In this document: positions 12,370-23,933 of the stretch, in pieces
Layout: each line of letters starts with the position of its first letter
Numbering within the stretch: the stretch's first letter is position 1
Source: Lophium mytilinum
Taxonomy: Eukaryota
Direction: 5' to 3'
NCBI GenBank assembly: GCA_010093605.1
Contig: MU004184.1
Coordinates: 1,498,801-1,562,800, forward strand
Length of the DNA: 64,000 nucleotides
The notes under the pieces: model-generated
Seen by the model: only the letters and a program-made list of their open reading frames with translations
Told to the model about the DNA's origin: nothing
The model's database searches: none
Position numbers and translations under genes: made by a program

Positions 12370-12921
12370 CTTCAAATAGTAAGTAAGGTGGGTGTTGATT
12401 GAAGTTTTGTGGTAGTTTGTGAGGTGTAAGTAGGAAGATTTGATAGCATTTGAATTGCAGGTGTTGTTTAGATATAGGTTGCTAGTGGAGGGGCACGTTG
12501 ACGTATGTGTGCTGGTCAAGTGGAGGGAATATGCCCGCGGCCCACTGTTTGAGCTTCCAGGCTCTTCTTGGCTTTTGGAGCCGTAGCTTGACCATCAATG
12601 ACTAGACTGTTGCATAAACACCGGCACATCGGGTTGCCATGCGATCCCGCGAGACATCTACGCTCGAGCAATTTCATTGGTGTTTGGTGATAATGGGAAG
12701 TTCGTGAGACATGACGTAATGCATATTTTCGGAGAATTTCTATTGAAAGCCGAGGTTGTCCGATTGCGGAAAGGCCTATTACAATGGAGTGCGCTTTCTT
12801 TCCATATTTTGGAAACTAAACTGAGATTCTGACCGCGTGGTATCTATATAGCTCACCTCCAACTCCGTCGCTATGCCCTATGAAAACTGGAACACTACAC
12901 AAAAGCGTTCTTACGATCAGC

Positions 12922-14225
12922 TCAGGGCTTCCCTATGAGCGAGTTAGCACAATTGAACATCTGTCGAGGTGACGGTATGGTGGTACTCACATTTGACTTC
13001 CTCCCAATTAGCGTACTCATCGCGTAAACTAACTTGGACCCACTTCGTTGTGATGACAGCCCATATGCCTGCCCACACGAATGGGATGCACCAACCAAGC
13101 TACTGAAGTTAGTGGCGATATTCAGTATAGACCTGGTAATACTCACAACGTATGCAACGTCTTTATCAATAGTGAAAATAATGGCAGTGCAGACGGCCGA
13201 TATGATGATGGCACCAAGGGCCCAGAAGAGCGTCAGTCTATGCAGCATCTGCCGGAACATATGACTGGCTTGATATCGGAGGTTCAAGCGTTGGCGAAAC
13301 TCGGTTCCTCCAGAGCCATCTACAGCGCAAACGTCCTCGATGTATGCATATATTCCTGGTCGTAGAGGAGCACCCATGGGGAGGGATGAGATCCGGCACG
13401 GAGCCCTCATGCCGAAGAAACGTGCGATGTCAATGATCAGCAACTCGGTTCCGATAGCGAAGAACATAGTGGGTACGGGCATGGCGAGGAGTCTAATTGG
13501 AGGGTGTTCTGGGACAGTGCCACTAAGAGGCTGTCAGCGAAGTCCATCATCAGCGCAAGGTGACAACATACACAATCAACTCGATCATGACGAAAAACCA
13601 CGCGACCGAGAGATTCCAGTGAAACCAGTCCAGCTATTGAAATGTTAGCATATTCAGTGCAGCCGAGGGAGTGCCGTACGTAGAAGCGTTGAGCGCCAAT
13701 CACTCGGCAAGTGGACCCTTTCCTCCATAACCTATGGAAGCGCAGGAAATATTCGACGATCGAGACAGTGCCCAGTGCACCTGTGCTTATACTGAAGACT
13801 ATCAAGACGTTAGCCGTTGCAGCATCGTCCCAGTGCATCCCTTACGTACCCGCGTTTGGCGACAAGCTCGTCCCATACCACAGCCCGAAGTATAGCGCGA
13901 TTGGCATAGCAACGCAATCCAGAATAATGAGAGTCCAGAAGATGGCGATTGCCTTCTTCCGCGGACGCAGGGAATAGTTCAGGCCGGGTGGACGCGTGAA
14001 GTCGAGGTCTGTATAGACGATTTGGTTGTTAGGGAGGTGGTTCCGAACAGAAGGGGCCCGGCTTCCGGCGGGAGTATGTGAGGTAGAGGCATTGGCTGAA
14101 GGATTGACTGAGGTTGTTCCATCGTGAAGGGGGGCGGTATCGTCCTGTCCCGGTACCTGGAGGGTCGAGGCGTGAGGCACAGCGTCGGCGTGGTCGACCG
14201 TCTCTATTGTGGCCGGCGAAGTCAT
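12922..14225 (-). CDS. Conserved fungal multi-pass membrane protein of unknown function; about 6 exons
   Basis: ORFs 13842-14429, 13437-13838 and 12922-13482 are joined by canonical introns. Several hydrophobic segments (IAIFWTLIILDCVAMPIALYFGLWY, LDWFHWN, EDVCAVDGSGGTEFR, FWALGAIIISAVCTAIIF). The terminal micro-exon is uncertain. Confidence 0.75.
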
Positions 14226-14627
14226 TGCGGCAGCATCAATGAAGGATTTGCATGTACAAAGGGGGCGACTTTGAAGTATACAGCGAGCGTGAAGCGGTGT
14301 CGGATGGCGGCGGATATAATGCCTGCGGGTGAGGTCGAACGGCAGTGGTGAGAGCAGTGAGCGGAAAGATACTGCAAGCGCAACCTTCAGTAAGCGGACG
14401 CGCGAGATGATGAATGCATGCTGGCACACGCAGAGACGGGATTGGCACGTCCCAGGTGTGATCCCCTAGCGATGACGTCCGCTGGGCTTGGAGCCAAGCA
14501 GCCAAGCCGCCCCCATCTCTCACCACCGTCACCCTTCACGCCGCCTGCTGGGCCTACGGAACCACTATCAACCTACCCTGGACACCTTCACATGGACATG
14601 TAGCACACCATGCGAAGTGCAGCAGCC

Positions 14628-15837
14628 ATGCGCTCCACCATCCTCCTACTCTCCGCTGCCGCTGTCGCCCTGGCGGTGCCGGCGCAGCCTCAGACACCGC
14701 TTGCGCAGGCCGCAAGCAGCAACCACTCCTCCATTTCTGACCACCTCTTCGTCGAGCTGGAAGAGCTCGCGCGCGTTGTCGATATCGCCTACTGCGTGGG
14801 GACCGCCGGCTTAGGCATCCAGAAGCCGTTCGAGTGCGCCAGTAGATGTGGCGAGTTTAAGAACTTCGAGCTGGTTACCGTAGGCACCTCGCCAGCAGCA
14901 TCTGCAAAAGTACAAGTAGCTAACGTAGATCTAGACTTGGAACACGGGGCCTCTGCTATCCGACTCCTGCGGCTATATCGCGCTATCACATCCTCCCTCA
15001 GCTCCTCGCATTCTTCTCGCCTTCCGTGGAACCTACTCCATCGCCAATACTATTATCGACCTCTCTACGATCCCTCAGGAATACGTACCGTATCCTGGGG
15101 ACGATGACGACGACACGGAAGACTCCGACTTCGTCGACCCCAAGGTTAGACCTGACGAAGACACTCCTCCGCCGGCCGACCCTCCGAAGTGCACAAACTG
15201 CACAGTCCACACAGGATTTTATACTTCTTGGCTACATACGAGAAAAGAGGTTCTACCACACCTAACTGAGGCTATCAACAACTACCCTAACTACACCCTT
15301 ACCCTGGTTGGGCACTCCCTCGGAGGTGCGGTTGCTGCCTTAGCTGGTCTGGATTTTGAAGCTCGAGGCTGGGACCCGCATGTCACTACGTTTGGTGAAC
15401 CCCGCGTAGGGAATAAGGAATTCATGAAATACATTAATAATCGTTTCGATGTTGCGAACGTCACTCCCACTCAGAACGACACCACTAGTAAATACCGCCG
15501 GGTGACCCATCAAGGAGACCCGGTACCGCTATTACCCCTGGACGAATGGGGTTATAAAATGCACAGCGAGGAGCTATTTATCAAGAAGTGGGAGCTGCCG
15601 CCAACTACCGAAGACATCCAGCATTGCAACGGAGACGATGACCCCGCATGTATTGCGGGTGACGAGGCTGAGAATCCTTCCTGGGGTGTTCCTGCCAGAT
15701 TCAAGCTCTGGCAGCTGTTCTTCGCGCATCGAGATTACTTCTGGAGGCTGGGTCTCTGTGTTCCGGGGGGCGATCCCAAGGACTGGTATCGCAAATATCC
15801 GCATCTTGGCGGTGACGTCGAGACACCCGAGCTTTAA
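14628..15837 (+). CDS. Secreted class-3 lipase (triacylglycerol lipase / feruloyl-esterase-like); intron 14880-14934
   Basis: Signal peptide MRSTILLLSAAAVALA, LAFRGTYS, VHTGF, GHSLGGA nucleophile elbow, TFGEPRVGN, RVTHQGDPVP, AHRDYF. An alternative ATG lies at 14610. Confidence 0.9.
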
Positions 15838-16278
15838 GGCTTGAGCGCATTTGATCAACTTGTTTGGGTGCAAACGGCGTTTGGGACCAAAACTAATAAC
15901 GGCTTTCCGATTTCGGCGTCTCCTGCGTAGTAGGTATTTAGGCGTCACTACACACGACATCCTCTTTTTCTCTTTTTCCTATTCCTACTGTAGCACATGA
16001 TTGTAAATATGGAACGCCGAGTATATATATCAAAAGCCGCAACCGCCACGAAGCAGGATTATCAGTTTTTGACTTCTCAGCTCCCTTCACTATATGTTCA
16101 GTGAAGAGACCTGGTTACGATGCCACTCAGGGCAACATTACAATGCCACGTCCTTTGCCGACGTAGCCAGCGTATATTATTACCCAGCAACATGTTCCTC
16201 AAGCTTTGCCTCTTTTTCATCAATCGCTTCCTTCAAGTCATCGAAACAGCTCCAAACACAACCTAAAAAGATCCAAGC

Positions 16279-17280
16279 ATGACAAAGTACGAAGACTTCC
16301 TATCCACCGACATAGTCGACTTAGACATCGAAACCCTCCCAGACGACGACCAATTCTGCGGCATCTGCCGCTTCCCCTACGAACCAAACGCTTCCAACAC
16401 CGTCCCCGAAGACATCGATACCGACAACCTAGCATGCCTTCGCGAGCTGCCTTGGACATCAACGTATGCGCACGGAGACGCCGTACTGCTACCATGCAAC
16501 CACCATTTCGACGCCGAGTGCCTCCTTCGCGCCACCGAAATCGGGAACACAAACCTATGCCCACTATGCCGATGCGTGCTGTTCCTCCCACCGTTTGGAA
16601 TGCGCCTCGACAGTGCCGAAAACCCGATGGCACTCTACGGCGATCTATTGGCCCTCAACGCGTTGCCCACAAGGGTTTTCCTCATGGAGAGGCCATCGGC
16701 GGAGCCAGATCGTAGCGAAATGATGAAGGTGTACGCGCACAGTATGACAGGCCGTTTGCTCGAGATGATGGCCGAGGTCGCGGAGCGTTTCGATCGAACA
16801 GGAAGTCCGAAAGCGTCGTGGACACAAGCTGAGAAGGACGTTGCGCGCGTTCTTCTACGGCGCGCGTTCGTGGTGCCGCATGACTTAGGAGTAGAGAGCC
16901 GCCGGGCGTTGAGAGCGACACCATGGCTGCCGCCCTTTCTCCGGTTTCTGGCGGACGCCCGCGTTTACAGGCAGTTTAATCGCTGGAGCAGCGTGCTGAG
17001 GCGGTTGAATGAGAGCTGCAAGACGCCACGGGAGTTGCTTGAAGCGCTCAATGAGGTTATATTGCAGCCGCTGCATGATGGGCTATTTAATACGCCACGG
17101 TTTCATAGGTGGGCGGCTTTGACGACTCGGTTTTTTGTTAGTTGGCACGTCGAGCAGCAGTCGTTTACGAATGAGGAGGTTTTGAGGTTGGCGAATCTTA
17201 TAGCACAGACAAGGGGGTCGGGGCCTTGGGGGGATATTGGGGAGTATGAGCAGTTGTTGAGGTGGTATGCGTGTATATAG
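16279..17280 (+). CDS. RING-finger-like domain protein with an otherwise unrecognised C-terminus
   Basis: Intronless 333-aa ORF with CGIC...LPCNHHFDAECL...CPLCR. Confidence 0.7.
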   Translation: MTKYEDFLSTDIVDLDIETLPDDDQFCGICRFPYEPNASNTVPEDIDTDNLACLRELPWTSTYAHGDAVLLPCNHHFDAECLLRATEIGNTNLCPLCRCVLFLPPFGMRLDSAENPMALYGDLLALNALPTRVFLMERPSAEPDRSEMMKVYAHSMTGRLLEMMAEVAERFDRTGSPKASWTQAEKDVARVLLRRAFVVPHDLGVESRRALRATPWLPPFLRFLADARVYRQFNRWSSVLRRLNESCKTPRELLEALNEVILQPLHDGLFNTPRFHRWAALTTRFFVSWHVEQQSFTNEEVLRLANLIAQTRGSGPWGDIGEYEQLLRWYACI

Positions 17281-17656
17281 ATTCTGTAAAGCTTCTGTTA
17301 TGACTACCAAACCATTAGCATATGTACGCTTTCCCGCCACTGTCGAAGGTACCTCGACGTCATTTGGGAAGCGGAACGACAGCAGTATGTTCAACGCAAG
17401 ATGGCGAACCTATCTCACGCAGAAACAAAAGCGCATACGCACAGGTGTACACGAGCTCTTGTCGTAGTACTGTATTAATCGACTATATAAATATATGTGA
17501 AAGAAGACCCCGAAATGTAGATTCATGAAACCAGGCCCGGTGCCAAAGACGTTTCCAGTCCAATTAGGCTCCACACGCCATGCGTCGGTGGTATTTAAAC
17601 CCCAAAGATACGAAAGACAGAAGAAGAAGTTTCACAGGAGTTCGAGATCCCAAAGC

Positions 17657-18140
17657 TCACTTCTTGCTCAAACCCAAAATATCCTTGCCCTTCTCCAATA
17701 AGCTCTTGCGCTCTTCACTACCACCCCTCACTTTTGCGTTGTTCTCCCTCGCAACACGCGCCTCTTCCTCGCTCACAACAGCGACATTCGCAGCACCGCC
17801 GCGGCCATAGTGGTGGGGGCCTTCGGGCTCGCGCTTGAGTGGGGCTTCTACGTCTTGGGCGAGTCTAGCTACCTCGGGGTGATTGGGGTCGTTTTTGGCA
17901 ATGTTTCCGGAGCCGCCGCGGCCCGTGGTGTAGTGTTCCGATTTCAAGGTAGGGGTGGCGAGATCGGTGGGGCTTGTGAAGCTTTCGCGGCGCTCTTTGC
18001 CAATGTTTCCTGGGAGGGTTGTGAGCGGTTTGGTCGCCGCGGTTGGGTCAATGGAATCAAAACATACCAGCACCGCCTCGCCCGTGGGAGAAAGCACGTT
18101 CGGTAGACCCCTGGCCGTCACTTGATGTTCGAAGAGCCAT
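17657..18140 (-). CDS. DUF3602 / Par32-like protein with GRGGxGN repeats; 1 intron
   Basis: MALRTSSDGQGSTERAFSHGRGGA|GNI, TTGRGGSGNI and YGRGGAANV motifs, with a gtatgt..cag intron at about 18010-18067. Confidence 0.8.
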
Positions 18141-19247
18141 ATTTTGCTGTGGTGGAAGATGAAGTAAGAGAATGATGTGGTTTATTGAGGCAAAGTAGAG
18201 AATTTGAAGATGTAGAAACTACTGTCGCTGTGAAGAAGATCTAGTAGAAGGCTGTTACTTATAACAGAAGAGGGGATGACAACAGATGGACAAAGAGCGG
18301 TACAGGATGACGCGAAAAGCCCAGCATATGTACTTTCCCAGTCCGAAGGTTCACTGCAAGCTTTTACCGCGACTACACACGCAAAAATTCGCAACGTGCC
18401 ACGAGGACCGCTTCTACCCTCGACGTGACCACCTCGAGCGCGTCTGCCCAGACGTGCCGTCGGTGAAGGCTCTGCTCCCCGCCTGAGGAATCATGTAGCG
18501 TTGTTTGATCATGCTGGGCATCGTTGGCAAACCAGCGCTGCTTTCGGAATTCTAATAACGTAAAAGTGCACTGGCTCCGTCTTGGAATGCGTCGCCGCCG
18601 GCGCCCCGAGCATATGGGAATTAGGCAATGCATTCGAGCACGACATCCGGACTGGTCAGCGTGAGGGATGTTGTCATCTTGGGCTTCGGTGAGCTCGCAG
18701 GATGCATGCAAGAGAGAGTGCGGTCGAGTGGTGGTTATACAGACGATCTGGCGGAAGTATCGGAGAAGGTCGAAAAAAATGCAGGCACTGTCACACGAGT
18801 CAGTGGCACAGATGTTTGAAAACACTATTCATGCTGGGATGGTTCCTCCAAGAAGTATACACAGACATAGCCTGGCAGGAGAGAGATTGTTATTCTCGCT
18901 TGCAATAATCTGGGGTTGATGCATGATTTACGTAAGGGCACTTGGCTGCAGGAGACCTCTCTTTCCATCTTCCAATCCAAGCACTTCCGTTTCTTCGATT
19001 CGAGCATGTACAAGTCTATCTACTCCCTATAGCGGACCTACAGCATGAACTCCGAGACGAGACTTCGGACTGTGGTGAGCTCCATCATCACGGCAGTCTG
19101 CTTCCCGTGTGTTGCTTTACTGTAGGTTCGGTATCCAGGAGCGGCTGTTCTAGATTGTAAACGCTCTATAAGATTCTACCAAAACTTCCATGCATGTCGC
19201 ACAAAGGTCACCAAAGGTAGACCTGCTATTTTTGATACGGATTTGAG

Positions 19248-19408
19248 GTCACGTGCACTGTCACGTGCGACTACTGAATACTTACTAATCGGCTCGCTTG
19301 GCATGCCAATCTCTTATCGCTCCCAACACTTCATCATCATCTCAGACTCTTAAGTGAGTTGGGACATTTGCAAAGACGAGTTTCGATAGACTTGATTAAA
19401 TTCACGTG
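19248..19408. promoter_or_regulatory. Three TCACGTG E-boxes (candidate bHLH sites)
   Basis: gtcacgtgc direct repeat at 19248 and 19260, and tcacgtg at 19402. Confidence 0.3.
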
Positions 19409-22400
19409 GTGTTGCCAAGATCCCCGCATTGCCGATTCCTTATTTTACAAAATCTAAACTTAAGAATTTCAAACGCCATTCTATCAGCAATCCTCCGACC
19501 GCAGCGAAAGATCATCCTAAGGCTTTCTGTCTGATCCATCCATCTATTCCTAAACACCTAGAAATACAGTTGTGCAAAAAGATGCGCAAGAGATAACAGA
19601 AAACCTAGCCCAATCCAATAGTCCTACAGTCGACCCAAATCCCTTTCTACAAAAGTACCAGCCAGAATGCATCGCGGAACGCTTCGAGTAAGGACAAAAG
19701 GCACAAGAAATCCAAGGCCAAACACCGGAGATGTCGAAGAAAGAGCTGCGTAAAAGAAAGTCGTAGTGGTGGTAGCGACAGGTGTTGGATCCAGATCAGC
19801 AACCGCGTCTATGGACCACGATGCTCCCAGATCGTATGACGTATAAAGCACTTGGGGTAGTCGGAGTGCTTTAGTGGACCGTCATCTTGTTCGATGCGTT
19901 CAGTTGTTGTTGGCTATGACTGGACGATCATCGACTCCCAGACTGTAGAGACAAGCTCTGGAAGAATAACTGAAGGATGTTAGAACTGGCTCAAACTCGG
20001 ATGCCTTTACGTGGAAGTCTTACAGTAGAAGGAGGGCTCTCTAACCTCCATCCCTAGGGTTGGGACCGCGGTGTGGGTTTGTTGTAGGAGTGGAGAAGCG
20101 CATATGAAGATGCAAGCCAGAGGCGGTCTTGTTGGGCGCCCCTCCGTCCTTGGGCTGGGGGTCCCCCGGGGCCCGTTGGGAGGCGTTGGATAGCAATCGA
20201 GTCGACATGTTGCTTGAGTCGGAAGCGGGAGAGGCGTTTGCTAGTTTGGTATAAAGCAACGAAGATGCGGGTGAGGCGTAAGTCTTTATGCAGGTGGCTT
20301 CAAGGTAGCAGAAGGCAGTGGTAAGATGTTTTGATGGGCTGTGTGAGTAGATGGAGCTCAGGTTGGAAGTCAGGCCTCTCTATATACCTCCAGAAGACAT
20401 TATCGTGGCCATGCTGCCATACAGAAGGCAAAGGAAGGCGGCCTCAAACAAGGCTACTTTTGACCTAAAAGGGCGCGCGCCACCGCTCAATGTTACAAAA
20501 TTGAGCCTTACATTCTCCAGACAGTTGCCTTCTCGTTTTCAGGTTGGCCTGAAGCGGCGACTGGAAAGTCGTTTCGCCGGCGAACATTCACTCGCAGGCG
20601 CCTGATGCGGTATAGTGAGCCCCAGCCACCCGCCCCATTCTCCAGCGGCAGGCCGACGGTCAGTCACTGGGGGCCTTTGCGGCAAAATCCCCAGAGAACA
20701 ACCTGCGACACCCTTCTAGAACCCTGGCGCATTGGGACAGCTGAAACTCGATTCACACCGCGGCCGCCGAACAGGTCACCGCGGAAGGGTGGTGCTGAGC
20801 TTGTGCTCGCGGTCAAGTGGGCTTAGTTGACAACTGGCGCTGGGCAGAGAGCCTTGGAGCCTCAGATGGAGGCTCTCCACCAGGCAGCGAACTGCTTGTG
20901 ACCATTCAATGCCCCCATTAAAGTGTGGACTGCGGCAGTGCAAAAGCGGAGCACGAGAGGCTGTTGGCGAGGCGGCTTCTGCGCTCGAGGCGCCAGCGAC
21001 GCAGGTACGGCACCCATCAACCAAACATATTATCATTGATTATAAAGCCCCCTGCGCACCTCGGCCAGGGAAGACTTGACGGGGCTTGCGGTTTGGAGTG
21101 TGCGCGTGTGATAATAACAACCCCGTCCCAGCTCATCTTCGACCAAGATGAGTTCGATGACTCTTTCACCGGCCCGCCTTCAACGTCAACACCGCCAGCG
21201 TCCGGCCAGATGGTTGCGCTGGCCCGCTGCGCCCCCCACACGAAACTTGCGAACGGCCTCACAGTTGCGCCCTCTCCCGAACTGTGGAGGAAGGCAAAGG
21301 AGTGGGAGCGTATCGGTGTGCGCCCTACCTCGATTCCAGCTCCTGCCTTTCACCCTTCGCACGGCTATGTTCATCCCACCGACTAGGCAGCGCTGACGAA
21401 TCCTGCCTCTCCGTTATCCAAACCTAGCCTCTGCGCGATTTGATGTTCGTTCGAAGTTCGCAGCAGAAAGATAGGGCTGCAGTAAATCACGCACGACACC
21501 GGCGATCTGAGCAGCGGGGGTCAACAAGGCGCCTTCAAGTTCAGGCGCTTCGCACAGGAGATCATTAGAAGGTCCCATTGCCTTGCTCGTCTTCCCTTCC
21601 ATGATCCCAGAGGGCGTTGGGGCGCGGCTCGAAAGTGACACCCTCGTGGGGGAGACGCGCCGTGGAGGGCGGATGTGAGGCGTGTTGAAGCTGACCTTCA
21701 AGTGCCTGCACTGGGCCTTCTTACCGGCTCGTTGGCCTGCCTCTGCGCGGCGTGGCCTTCAGATGGTCTGCTCGTGCCAGCAGTAACGTGCTGGAGTTGT
21801 GGTGTCGCAAGCTCGGGAGTCGCAGTGAGGCTCCGCTACCTCTGGCGGTGCATCTTGTGCTTTGTACCTACTCTGTACCCTCGGCACTCACCCAGATATA
21901 GAAAAATTGGCTCACCAAACTATATTTAATATGGAGAGTACTAATTAGTTGTGAAGATCAAGAACGCCTTGCAGCTTGACTAGGTAGAAGATATTTAGAT
22001 GCTGAGTAGTTGAACGATGCGAAGGTGTGTACTGTACTTTGGGAAGCATCCGTATTGGTCGAAACCTTGCAGCATCCGATTCCTCCTGGTAGCCAGTCAC
22101 ATCAATGTTTGCTACAATTGATGTTGCTCTTCATGATTATGAGCGATTACAACGTTTTAGTGGCCTGTCGTACAAAAAAAAGGCTTCTTCCAGTTCAATC
22201 AGTCAGGGTTCGTTGAACAAAAGTGGCAGTCCACAAATCTATCTTTGTACGATAAAGTCTGGAACTTCCGGTACTTTCAATATCCACACCTGCTCTAGTG
22301 TTATTTACACTCACCTAACATGGTCTGAGGGCCCCTGGTAGGCTATTGTGAATCGGAAGAAGGTGATATTGACACGCCTGATGGCTCCTCGGGCCACCTC

Positions 22401-22849
22401 AGACGGAGTCAGATTAGACTGCCACTTTTTGTTTAACGAACCCTGATACGCCACTGCCGATGCAGGAACCGCCTGTCAGGGATGCTCGGCAGAATGTGGG
22501 GAGTGTCTAGTCGTGGAGAAACCTTACACTTGTTACTAGACTCTTCATACGGCGCCTAGAATCCTCAAATCATTGCTCTTAGAATTCCCATAGTCGGGTG
22601 CGAGAAAGCGGACGGCAAGCGCCTATCGCGAAATGCACTGATTCCTGCTAGCGGAATCTGGAATGGCAAGAACGGCCAGCGGTCTGGATTGAAAACATGT
22701 CGAGCCGAAGAGGACTGCGAATCACCTTACACTAACCTGTACTTCTACTTAAACCCAGGTTGACCCCCCCTTCTGCAGAACTCTCCTGTTCCTACAGCAT
22801 CTTCGCGTCTTATACCCGTACGCCTAAATTCCTCACTGTCCTGTTCAAG

Positions 22850-23525
22850 ATGCGTTTCTCTGTTGTCGCAATCGTTGCTGCACTGAGCTCTTTGAGCGCC
22901 GCGCAAAGTCTTCTGGATCAGTTGCCCCAGTGCGCTGTAAGTAGACATTCTAGCTGCCAGAGTCGCAGCGTTCCAGCGCTTCTACTCGTATGGTCTAACA
23001 CTTGTAACAGCGAACATGCGTGGGCCAGAACTTCGGCAATTGCAAGACGCTCGATATCGCCTGCATATGCGGTAACACGGACCTGATCGCCAACCTGTCT
23101 TGCTGTGTTTCCAAAAGCTGCAATGCCGACGATACTCAGAGTCAGTTTTTCCTGCGCCTGCTGCGTCAACTAATTCTGACCATCGTTCCTCTCTAGCAAC
23201 CATCCAATTCGCAGCACAGCTCTGCAAGACGTACAACATCATCGTCCCTTCAGTTGCCTCTTGCGCATCCTCAGCTGCCTCCACTGGTACACTCTCCAGC
23301 ACTGCTTCAGCAGCTAGTGCAAGCTCAGCAGCCAGTGCGTCCAGCGCATCCAGCGCGGCCAGTGAATCCGCATCCGTCGCGGCTAAGATCTCCTCCGCGG
23401 CCTCCCTAGCGACAGCTTCTGTTGCGTCTGCCACACCTACGAGCACAGGCATCGCTGCTGTCAACAACGTTGGAATGGGAGTTGGTATGGGCGCTGCGGT
23501 TGCAGGTCTCTTAGCCATGCTATAG
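22850..23525 (+). CDS. Secreted, probably GPI-anchored CFEM-domain protein; introns 22937-23010 and 23141-23196
   Basis: Signal peptide, 8-Cys CFEM pattern (LPQCARTC..NCKTLDIACIC..LSCCVSKSC..QLC), Ser/Ala-rich stalk and hydrophobic C-terminal tail. Confidence 0.9.
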
Positions 23526-23933
23526 CCTCGGTCCAAGATGCTGGAGCATTCCTCCACGGGACGGTTGCGATTGGGCGCGGTGTGCACAAGCCTGTGGTTG
23601 TTGATGGGAGGTCTTTACGCATTTTAGCATTGTAGTGCAATTGAACAGTTGAGAGCCTTCATCAACCCCAAGTTTCCCGAAACTTGTGGAAATATATCAA
23701 ACCAAGCTCTCGATAGCAGTATATCAAAATCGCCAAATGCGTATGCACCCTTGAAGTGAAACTAAAACAAGGGTACTTCGTTCACCGTCTCCACTCTCGC
23801 TAAAACGAGGTACTGCAACCGCCAACCACGGATTTCACCCCCGCTGACTACTATCTACTCCAATCTCAACCTCCCAGCAATGGGAAAGTTGCACTGATCT
23901 AAGCCGCTCGACGTGTTCCTCATCACCGCCGGC

